Assembly (NCBI GenBank): GCA_046757165.1
Contig: JBHHXT010000134.1
Location: 1-12,666 of the forward strand
Direction: 5' to 3'
DNA: 12,666 nucleotides
Source: a bacterium
GTDB taxonomy: Bacteria > Zhuqueibacterota > Zhuqueibacteria > Oceanimicrobiales > Oceanimicrobiaceae
Both the position numbers and the translations under genes were made by a program. Positions 6,009 to 12,666 of this stretch are shown here, in pieces. Positions within the stretch are counted from its first letter, which is position 1. Every line of letters begins with the position of its first letter. The notes beneath the pieces are model-generated. The model saw only the letters and a program-made list of their open reading frames with translations, did no database searches and was not told the origin of the DNA.

Positions 6009-8036
6009 ATGACCATGAAACAAAAACTACGAACTAGTCTGGTTTTCGCACCGCTTGCAATCGCAATCCTGTTCCTGGTTCTGCCAGCAGGGGACAAGAC
6101 TGCCTCAGGTTTGAATCGTGCGCCAAAGATACAGAGGGCGACCCCGAGCATTGAACCTGAAAGACTCATTTCCTACCTGCAGTACATCGGGGCGGATTAT
6201 GATGCAGCGGTCGAGAATCACAAGATAGTCAATAAAGATGAATACCAGGAGATGGTGGAGTTCAGTGAGGCCGCCATCGAAGGATACATATCACTGAACC
6301 GGGAGAACACCGCCAGGCCAACATACCGGGCGTTACAAAGAGTGCGAGAGCTTGTCGGGGCAAAAGCTTCTGGGTCAGAAATCAAAATCTTGACCAGCAA
6401 ATTAGTCCGGGAGTTATCTACGGAATTGAGTGTCACCCCTTATCCTACCCACACACCGGATTTGACAGCGGGCAAGAAGTTCTACGAGATCGCCTGCGCT
6501 GAATGTCATGGCTCGAGCGGCGATGGCCAGGGACGTTCGGCGAAAGCGTTGAATCCTCCGCCGAGCAATTTTCAGAATCCCGAGCGCATGTTGGAGGCGA
6601 CGCCGCACCAATTCTTCAACGTGATCACGTTCGGGGTTCAAGGCACCGCCATGCCTTCCCACCAACAGGCCTTTACCGACCAGCAGTGTTGGGATATTGC
6701 ATTCTATTTGATGACGCTGCGCGGGGATTTTTCACCTGAGCTGCCGGAACAGGAAGTCGGGTTTTCCATAAGAGATTTGGCCACTTTATCCGACAAGCAG
6801 CTCGTCCAGCGTCTGGCAACTGAGCCCCGTGCAAAGGTTCTGACATCTTCTCCAGACTCGCACTGGACGAGCGTCATTGACTATTGGCGCCAGAATCCGC
6901 CAGAAGTCAATCCCGATGAAAAACTGAATGCCGCGCAGCAGAAACTCAGCAAGAGTATCACGGCCTATCAAAATGGGCAATCGGACCAGGCGGTGCAGCT
7001 TGCATTGGACGCTTATTTGGAAGGGATCGAACCGGTGGAGCCACTTCTGTCGCAAAAGGCGCCGGCGTTGGTCACGGTTGTAGAAAAAGAATTTGGCCAG
7101 TACCGTCGCGCTGTCAGAAGTGAAGCGCCCATGACGCAGGTCACTCAGCGTTATCGAAAGTTGGTGAACATTTTTGAAGAAATCAGGTCCACATTCGGGT
7201 CTTCAGAAGCTGTCACCGGGTTTGCTTTCATTCAATCCTTAACGATCATCTTGCGCGAAGGAACCGAAGCCGTACTTTTGATCGCTCTTTTGATGACTTT
7301 GCTGGTGGCCCTGGGCCATCAAGGGTTGAAAAAATATTTGACCGCCGGGGCCGTGGCGGGTATCGTTCTGGGCGGCTTGACCTGGATCGCCGCGCAACGC
7401 TTTGTGGTGATCACTCAATTTGAACAAGAGACTCTGGAGGGGATGACCTCTCTATTGGCCGCCGCGGTTTTGTTTTGTGTAAGTTTTTGGATTATCCACA
7501 AGTCAGACCTGCAAAAGTGGAAAACCTATATCCAGACAAAAGCTGAAAAAGCGCTCGGAACAGGAAGTGGCTTCGCGCTTGCGATGGCGGCGTTTTTGGT
7601 TGTTTATCGCGAAGCATTCGAGACCGTCCTTTTCTATCAGGCATTATGGTTGAGGAGCAGTGTGGTTCATTCTCAAATAATCTCCGGATTTATTTTGGGA
7701 GTGGCGGCTCTTATCGTACTCGTATTTTTCATTCTCAAGTTTGGATTGAAGATTCCTCTCGGGCCCTTTTTTGGTGTTACCGGAGTTCTACTCGGACTTT
7801 TGGCCATCGTTTTTGCTGGCTATGGCGTGAGAGAATTACAAAGCATCGGCTTGCTGAACGAAACCCCTCTTTCTCTGAATGTTGATTTGAACTTTTTGGA
7901 AATCCATTCGACTTTGGAGGGGCTGGCCCTTCAGTCGGGAATCCTGCTTTCGTTCTTGTTAGGTTGGTTTGGCCTTCTTGTCGATAAATTCAGGTTGGCC
8001 AGGCAGGTCGAGCCAAAACACGCCACTGCTGAGTAA
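6009..8036 (+). CDS. Cytochrome c / FTR1 (EfeU, PbrT-like) high-affinity iron permease fusion
   Basis: CxxCH heme site CAECHG with distal Met in GTAMP; N-terminal YIGADY...EYQEMVEF block; C-terminal multi-pass membrane domain with two RExxE motifs (REGTE, REAFE). Start could be 6015. Confidence 0.92.
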   Translation: MTMKQKLRTSLVFAPLAIAILFLVLPAGDKTASGLNRAPKIQRATPSIEPERLISYLQYIGADYDAAVENHKIVNKDEYQEMVEFSEAAIEGYISLNRENTARPTYRALQRVRELVGAKASGSEIKILTSKLVRELSTELSVTPYPTHTPDLTAGKKFYEIACAECHGSSGDGQGRSAKALNPPPSNFQNPERMLEATPHQFFNVITFGVQGTAMPSHQQAFTDQQCWDIAFYLMTLRGDFSPELPEQEVGFSIRDLATLSDKQLVQRLATEPRAKVLTSSPDSHWTSVIDYWRQNPPEVNPDEKLNAAQQKLSKSITAYQNGQSDQAVQLALDAYLEGIEPVEPLLSQKAPALVTVVEKEFGQYRRAVRSEAPMTQVTQRYRKLVNIFEEIRSTFGSSEAVTGFAFIQSLTIILREGTEAVLLIALLMTLLVALGHQGLKKYLTAGAVAGIVLGGLTWIAAQRFVVITQFEQETLEGMTSLLAAAVLFCVSFWIIHKSDLQKWKTYIQTKAEKALGTGSGFALAMAAFLVVYREAFETVLFYQALWLRSSVVHSQIISGFILGVAALIVLVFFILKFGLKIPLGPFFGVTGVLLGLLAIVFAGYGVRELQSIGLLNETPLSLNVDLNFLEIHSTLEGLALQSGILLSFLLGWFGLLVDKFRLARQVEPKHATAE

Positions 8037-8083
8037 CAGAGAACAAAGCGGGCATGTCAAGATAGACAAAATAGCTGCAAAAT

Positions 8084-8135
8084 AAAAAAGGAGTGAGCCA
8101 ACTTCCCTCGGCAAAGGTTTGAGCTGACTCACTCC
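8084..8135 (-). terminator. Intrinsic terminator on the minus strand
   Basis: Minus strand GGAGTGAGTCAGCT/AGTTGGCTCACTCC 14-bp stem with two G-U pairs (A-C mismatches if read on +), followed by UUUUUUAUUUU. Confidence 0.75.
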
Positions 8136-8243
8136 AGGAAAGCGGGAAAAGACGGACCCCTCAGATGCCACCAGGCTTGTCGGCCAGCCGGCATTCTTTT
8201 GGGGGTGACAAAGGAATGAACCTTTGTCACCGGCTTTTTCCGT
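8084..8243 (-). ncRNA. Putative antisense sRNA 2 (~160 nt)
   Basis: Bounded by a minus-strand promoter (8249-8277) and terminator (8084-8135). Closing stem CGGAAAAAG/CTTTTCCCG encloses an 11-bp perfect hairpin and an ATGCC/GGCAT hairpin. Shares architecture and a 16-nt motif with 3194-3317. Confidence 0.62.
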
Positions 8244-8245
8244 TT
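8204..8245 (+). terminator. Perfect 11-bp hairpin followed by GGCTTTTTCCGTTT; possible sense-strand attenuator before receptor 2
   Basis: GGTGACAAAGG (8204-8214), loop AATGAA, CCTTTGTCACC (8221-8231), then a U-rich tail offset by 3 nt. Confidence 0.4.
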
Positions 8246-8248
8246 GGG

Positions 8249-8277
8249 AATATAGCAAATCAAAAAATAAAAGTCAA
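8249..8277 (-). promoter_or_regulatory. Antisense sigma70 promoter 2
   Basis: Minus strand TTGACT (8277-8272), 17 bp spacer, TATATT (8254-8249). Confidence 0.68.
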
Positions 8278-8289
8278 AGGAGGAGAATC

Positions 8290-8376
8290 ATGAATAATAG
8301 AGCGCCGCCATTTACAGACTCGATTGTCAAAAAACAAACGACATTACCAAATTACAACGGACAAGGAGATATCTAA
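8290..8376 (+). CDS. 28-aa upstream ORF / leader peptide MNNRAPPFTDSIVKKQTTLPNYNGQGDI
   Basis: Strong SD AGGAGG (8278-8283) 6 nt before the ATG. Stop TAA (8374-8376) is 1 nt before the receptor-2 ATG, and the ORF runs over that gene's own SD. Confidence 0.5.
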   Translation: MNNRAPPFTDSIVKKQTTLPNYNGQGDI

Positions 8377-8377
8377 A

Positions 8378-10546
8378 ATGCAGATAAGAAACAGACTCTC
8401 AGTCATCATGCTGGTCTGCCTGTTGGCTCCTGTTGGCGCCTTTGCGCAAAACAAAGGCGAAATAAAAGGACGCGTGACGGACCAGGAAACCGGTGATCCG
8501 CTCATCGGTGCCAATGTAACGATCGTCGGGACGGCTTTGGGGGCGGCAACGGACCGGCATGGCGCCTACCGCATATCTCGAGTCCCGCCTGGAAGGTGCA
8601 CGCTACGTGCCTCCATGATCGGTTTCCAAACCGTCACCGTGAAGGAAGTTCAAGTCAATGTGCAGGAAAAGGCGACTGTGGACTTTGTGCTGGCCGCGCG
8701 GGCCCTGCCTCTGGATGAAATCGTGGTCACCGCCACCCGCACCGAAAAACTTCTCAAAGATGTGCCAGCCACCACCGAGATTGTCAGCCGCGAGGAGATC
8801 GAAGAAAGCGGAGCAGAAGATATCAGCGAGATACTGGAGGAGAAGGCCGGCATTCGCATGCGAAAAAGCGAAGGGCACGGCTGGGGTGTGCAGATGCAAG
8901 GCCTGGACGCCGAGTACGTGCTGGTTCTGGTGGATGGCGAAGAGATCATCGGCCGCACCGCCGGCTTGGTGGACCTGCGGCAGATTCCCATCGAGAGCAT
9001 CGACCATATCGAGATTGTCAAAGGCGCCGCGTCTTCGCTATATGGCAGCGAGGCCATGGGCGGGGTCATCAATATCATCACCAAAACCGCCAGTGCGCCG
9101 TTGGCTGCGCGGATCACCACGACTTTTGGCACCCACGACAAGAAAGAACCGCGGGCGACGCTGGAATTCAAACAGCACGGGCTCAGCGGCATTCTGACCG
9201 CCAGTCGCAACCTCTCCGACGGCTTTGACATGGACAAGTCAGATGTGGCGCACAACGGCTCGCCGTATGAAAAAACCAGCGTGACGGGGAAATTTACCTA
9301 TGACTTGTCCTCCAATGCCAGGCTGACCTTTTCCGGGTATCTCTACGATGAAACTTACCGGCCGGTGAGTATCTCGCGCGGCGATGTTTTCGATGCGGCT
9401 TCCGATGAAAAGCGCAAGCACGGCAGTCTGGCGCTGAACTGGAAGCCGGACGCCCTTTCCAATGTGCAGATCAAATTCTACGCCTCCGATTACGACCGCG
9501 ATACAGACAAGAGCTTTCGCACCAGCGAACGGCTGGATCAATCCTTTGAGGAAGAAAATCAAATACGCGGCGAGCTGGTTTTCAGCCGGCTTTTTGTGGG
9601 AAAACATCTCCTGACCGTTGGCCTGGACGCTTTCCGGGAAACTTTAGAAGCGAAAGAGTCCAGTACGGTTTCAACCGAAGTAAATGAGACGCCGCATCAA
9701 AGTGAGAACACCAAGGTCGTTTACCTGCAGGATGAAATTCAACTGCTGAAACCCTTGACTCTGGTGGTCGGCGGCCGTTTGGACCATCATTCCGCTTTTG
9801 GGTCGCATATTTCGCCCAAGGTCAATTTGCACTACAAACTGAGCGAAAATGTATCCTTTCGCGGGTCTTACGGCCAGGGGTTCCGCGCGCCATCGATCAA
9901 AGACCTGCACCGGACGTTTATCAATTTCGCTCACGGCTACCAGGTGTTGGGCAATACCGACCTGCAGCCGGAAACCTCCACCAGCGTCAATTTTGGGGCT
10001 GATTTCCGCTGGCGGGACAACATACTCGGTAAAGTCAATGTCTTCCGTAACGATTTGCACGACGCCATCCGGGCCAATTTCGACGGCATGGTCGAAAATC
10101 GTTTGAACTTTGTACAGCAAAATATCGGCGAGGCTTTCACCGAGGGAATTGAAACGGAAATCCAAACCCATTTTGCCAGGTATTTTTCCGTTTCAGCCTC
10201 CCATGCTTACGTCTGGTCGGAAGACAAAGAAACCGGTGAGGAGCTTTTGGGCGTTTCCCGTAACACCGCCGATTGGAAGCTGGAGTTCAACCACAGGTCC
10301 ATTGGGTTCAATGCGAACATTCGTGGCGAATATGAAGGCGGGTGGCTGTTCACCAGCGGCCGCGGTCAAAACGTTGAAACCAAAAGGTCGCCTTCGTACG
10401 TGACCTGGGATTTTCGAGCCAGTCAGAGATTGTCCCGATATCTCAAGCTTCATTTTGGTGTGGATAATATTTTTGACCGGCAGGAGATAAAGTTTGAACC
10501 GCGTCCGGGACGCGAGGTTTATGGCGGGTTCAGTTTGAGCTACTAA
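8378..10546 (+). CDS. TonB-dependent outer-membrane receptor (heme/CirA/BtuB-type) with N-terminal carboxypeptidase-regulatory-like domain
   Basis: AAGGAG RBS at 8363-8368, start ATG 8378 (722 aa). Signal peptide ends ...AFA. TonB box DEIVVTATRT; plug IDHIEIVKGAASSLYGSEAMGGVINIITK; barrel GFRAPS...NTDLQPE; C-terminal GVDNIFD...GREVYGGFSLSY. Confidence 0.94.
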   Translation: MQIRNRLSVIMLVCLLAPVGAFAQNKGEIKGRVTDQETGDPLIGANVTIVGTALGAATDRHGAYRISRVPPGRCTLRASMIGFQTVTVKEVQVNVQEKATVDFVLAARALPLDEIVVTATRTEKLLKDVPATTEIVSREEIEESGAEDISEILEEKAGIRMRKSEGHGWGVQMQGLDAEYVLVLVDGEEIIGRTAGLVDLRQIPIESIDHIEIVKGAASSLYGSEAMGGVINIITKTASAPLAARITTTFGTHDKKEPRATLEFKQHGLSGILTASRNLSDGFDMDKSDVAHNGSPYEKTSVTGKFTYDLSSNARLTFSGYLYDETYRPVSISRGDVFDAASDEKRKHGSLALNWKPDALSNVQIKFYASDYDRDTDKSFRTSERLDQSFEEENQIRGELVFSRLFVGKHLLTVGLDAFRETLEAKESSTVSTEVNETPHQSENTKVVYLQDEIQLLKPLTLVVGGRLDHHSAFGSHISPKVNLHYKLSENVSFRGSYGQGFRAPSIKDLHRTFINFAHGYQVLGNTDLQPETSTSVNFGADFRWRDNILGKVNVFRNDLHDAIRANFDGMVENRLNFVQQNIGEAFTEGIETEIQTHFARYFSVSASHAYVWSEDKETGEELLGVSRNTADWKLEFNHRSIGFNANIRGEYEGGWLFTSGRGQNVETKRSPSYVTWDFRASQRLSRYLKLHFGVDNIFDRQEIKFEPRPGREVYGGFSLSY

Positions 10547-10561
10547 GCTCAAAAATGGATG

Positions 10562-10596
10562 GAACGCGGATTTAGCGGATAGAACGAATCGTCACG
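10562..10596. repeat. Short 9-nt-period repeat remnant (GCGGAT/ACGAAT units)
   Basis: AAC-GCGGAT-TTA-GCGGAT-AGA-ACGAAT-CGTC-ACG: three units with 9-nt spacing. Confidence 0.3.
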
Positions 10597-10655
10597 CCTT
10601 TGTCGAGAATCGTTCCTTGCAAACCCGAAATTCTCATAAAACAGGAGTCAATCCA

Positions 10656-12428
10656 ATGCAGACAAGAAAGGCACAAGCTCTCAGACTGATTATTGTAACA
10701 GGCATACTGCTGGCTGTTTTTGGTTCCAGCCTCGCCCGTGCCGGCACCGGGCCAGGGTTCATCGTTTTGGCTCCTGACCGCGGCTTTATGGGCAACAACG
10801 AAATCCGCGAGGTTTATCATGAGTTTCAAAAGACTCACGCCAACGTCCCGTCGCAACTGGTCTTTGCCAGCCGCAAGGCGCTGTCAACCTATTTGACGGA
10901 TGCGGTGCAGGCTTTGGAGAACGCGGGCGCGACGGAAATCGTGGTCATCCCGTTGTTCTTATCGGAAAGCGATCCGGATCTGCAAAGAGCCAGAAGTCTT
11001 TTTGCTCCTTCGTCTGAAAGTTCAAATGTCGCGGAACAAAATGATAGAGTTAAGGTGGACCGACCTCTCACACTTGCTCAGACGCTGTCCGCAAGCTATC
11101 TCACCGTCCAGATTCTCGAAGACCGGGCCAAAGAGCTGAGCGAGACGCCTTCCAATGAACGGCTGATTGTGATCGGGACGGGCGCCTCCAACCGCAAAGA
11201 AGCAGCAATGATGGAGGAAGAACTGCACAGGCTGGCGCAGCAAGTGCAAAGAAAGATAGGTTTTGAAGAAACCCATAGTCTTGTTTATCTACGCCGGGAG
11301 TCAGAAGAGGGACCGGCGCGCCGGACGGAAATCAGCCAGGAGATCGAGCGCCTGGCTGCGCTGGAAGGCAGAACCCTGGTCGTGCCGTTTTTCATCAGCA
11401 TGAAGCTCACGCCCATGATGTCGGTCGAAAACATGCTGGGCAAGTACACCCTGCGGGATGTGGAAATCAGTTACGCCGGCAAATCGATTCTGCCGCACGC
11501 CAATGTCGTGCGCTGGCTCCAGAGAACGGCCAACCGTTACTTGCCGGTAACAAAGGAGAACATCGGCGTCGTGTTCATGAATCACGGCTCGTTTTACTAT
11601 TATAATGAAAAGGTGCGCCGGGTGGTCCAGCCGATGGCGGAAAAGTACAAATTAGAGTACGCCATGAGTATGGGCGACCCCTTTCTCATTCAAGAAGCCG
11701 TGAGCCGGTTGGAAGCACGGGGAGCGACGCATATCGTCTTACTGCGTGCCTTTTCTTTGACCTCCTCTTTCAAAGCAAAGATCGAATACATCCTCGGCCT
11801 CGACGATGCGCTGGCCGAAAACAACCGCATGGGGCGTCTCCCGGACCGCGTGCGCAGCAGCGCCCTTCTTTACACCGCCGGCGGCGTGGAGGATGATCCG
11901 CTGTTCGCCGAAGTGCTGCTCGAACGAGCGCTGGCCATCAGTCAAAAGCCGGAAGAAGAGACGGTGATTCTGGTAGCGCACGGATTGGGCGACGACCAGG
12001 GCGACGAGCGGTGGCGAACGATTCTGCGGTCTTTAGCCTCTCAGATGCAGGCGCTGGCCAAAGACAAATTCAAGGCAATCAAGGCAGCCACCTGGCGGGA
12101 AGACTGGCCGGACAAACGCCCGCAGGCGGTTGCGGAGGTCAAAACGCTGATTCAACAGGCGCAGGAAGACGGCGGCCGCGCGCTGGTGGTCGCGGCCCGG
12201 CTGGAAGGCAACGACCCGGGGGATGAGTTTCTCGAGGGCGTGGACTTTCTTTACAACGAACAGGGGTTTTCCGGGCACCCGAATTTCACGAAGTGGATTG
12301 CGCAGGAAATCGAGGCGGCGGTTGTCAGGATTCAGGGGGCGCAGCAGACGTTGTCGAAAGAATCCGCCGCTGGCGGCTCACCTGTTACAGACTATTCTGA
12401 GGATGGGTATTCAGAAAAACAGCTTTGA
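10656..12428 (+). CDS. Secreted CbiX/SirB-like (class II chelatase fold) protein with four tandem domains
   Basis: AGGAG RBS at 10643-10647, start ATG 10656 (590 aa). Signal peptide ends ...ARA. CbiX-type motifs: AVQALENAGATEIVVIPLFL, LIVIGTG...VVPFFI...LPHANV, VVFMNHGS...EAVSRLEARGATHIVLL, VILVAHG...GHPNF. Internal duplication: ILEDRAKELSETPSNERLIVIG versus VLLERALAISQKPEEETVILVAHG. Confidence 0.8.
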   Translation: MQTRKAQALRLIIVTGILLAVFGSSLARAGTGPGFIVLAPDRGFMGNNEIREVYHEFQKTHANVPSQLVFASRKALSTYLTDAVQALENAGATEIVVIPLFLSESDPDLQRARSLFAPSSESSNVAEQNDRVKVDRPLTLAQTLSASYLTVQILEDRAKELSETPSNERLIVIGTGASNRKEAAMMEEELHRLAQQVQRKIGFEETHSLVYLRRESEEGPARRTEISQEIERLAALEGRTLVVPFFISMKLTPMMSVENMLGKYTLRDVEISYAGKSILPHANVVRWLQRTANRYLPVTKENIGVVFMNHGSFYYYNEKVRRVVQPMAEKYKLEYAMSMGDPFLIQEAVSRLEARGATHIVLLRAFSLTSSFKAKIEYILGLDDALAENNRMGRLPDRVRSSALLYTAGGVEDDPLFAEVLLERALAISQKPEEETVILVAHGLGDDQGDERWRTILRSLASQMQALAKDKFKAIKAATWREDWPDKRPQAVAEVKTLIQQAQEDGGRALVVAARLEGNDPGDEFLEGVDFLYNEQGFSGHPNFTKWIAQEIEAAVVRIQGAQQTLSKESAAGGSPVTDYSEDGYSEKQL

Positions 12429-12446
12429 TGTCCGGTGCGCCTCAGG

Positions 12447-12633
12447 CTCCGGCGTGAGCACATGGCCCGGACGGCGGATGTTTGCCCCTGGCCTGGCGGT
12501 CTTTGAGCCACTTCTCACACACCTGGTAGCCGCCGATGTGGAAGTTCCACACTTCCTCTGGTACGCCACTGAAACCATAGGTTTTGGCTTTGTTCAGTCA
12601 GACGGTCTCGCCGGAGTAGGAGACTTTCTCGAA
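12447..12633 (-). pseudogene. Remnant of a Type ISP (LlaBIII-like) / related N6-adenine methyltransferase C-terminal specificity domain
   Basis: Minus strand FEKVSYSGETV*LNKAKTYGFSGVPEEVWNFHIGGYQVCEKWLKDRQARGKHP, then after a frameshift RPGHVLTPE. The signature is VP..VW.F.IGGYQV..KWLKDR. An in-frame TGA at 12598-12600 falls where Trp is expected. Confidence 0.8.
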
Positions 12634-12638
12634 CCTGT

Positions 12639-12666
12639 AACCTTGCGAAGGTTTCAAACCTTCGCA
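12639..12666. repeat. REP-like nested palindrome (cut by the window end)
   Basis: TGCGAAGGTTT-C-AAACCTTCGCA is a perfect 11-bp inverted repeat (12644-12666), with nested AACCTT-GCG-AAGGTT (12639-12653). Confidence 0.7.

Noticed and set aside
7959..8258. 99-aa minus ORF (and 64-aa ORF at 3149-3343) as products of the antisense promoters
   Set aside because: Their starts lie within the promoter spacers, upstream of the predicted +1; no RBS; they run through the terminators.
8040..8290. Cobalamin riboswitch upstream of a BtuB-like receptor/CbiX pair
   Set aside because: Only isolated GGGAA and GCCAC words; no CCCCGCAACTGT, GCCACTG...GGGAAG or AGYCAGRAGACC B12-box in order.
8290..8376. Type I toxin-antitoxin pair (uORF as toxin, sRNA 2 as antitoxin)
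   Set aside because: Peptide is hydrophilic with no transmembrane segment, the sRNA does not overlap its RBS, and region 1 has no equivalent peptide.
1..12666. CRISPR array, tRNA/rRNA, intact transposase or integrase
   Set aside because: No regularly spaced repeats, cloverleaf or rRNA signatures, or recombinase ORFs seen.

Overview
Bacterial (diderm; probably FCB-related, e.g. KSB1/Calditrichota-like, which is inference only) window carrying a co-oriented metal/iron-acquisition cluster. Order: a DtxR/MntR-family regulator with a Cys-rich tail and its own sigma70 promoter plus a DtxR-like operator; a FecA-like TonB-dependent receptor; a cytochrome c-FTR1 iron permease fusion; a 28-aa uORF; a second (heme/CirA/BtuB-type) TonB-dependent receptor; and a secreted protein made of four CbiX-like chelatase domains. 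Upstream lie a secreted gamma-glutamyltranspeptidase and the divergent start of a Ser/Thr kinase, preceded by a frameshifted TPR remnant. Downstream is a decayed Type ISP restriction-modification fragment next to a REP-like palindrome. The most unusual signal is in the two intergenic regions in front of the TonB receptors. Each holds an antisense unit with the same layout: a TTGACT-N17-TAT(A/T)TT promoter, a multibranched ~120-160 nt RNA, and an intrinsic terminator sharing a 14/16-identical motif. These look like a pair of paralogous, unannotated antisense sRNAs embedded in the iron operon. All calls are by eye; no searches or folding programs were run.
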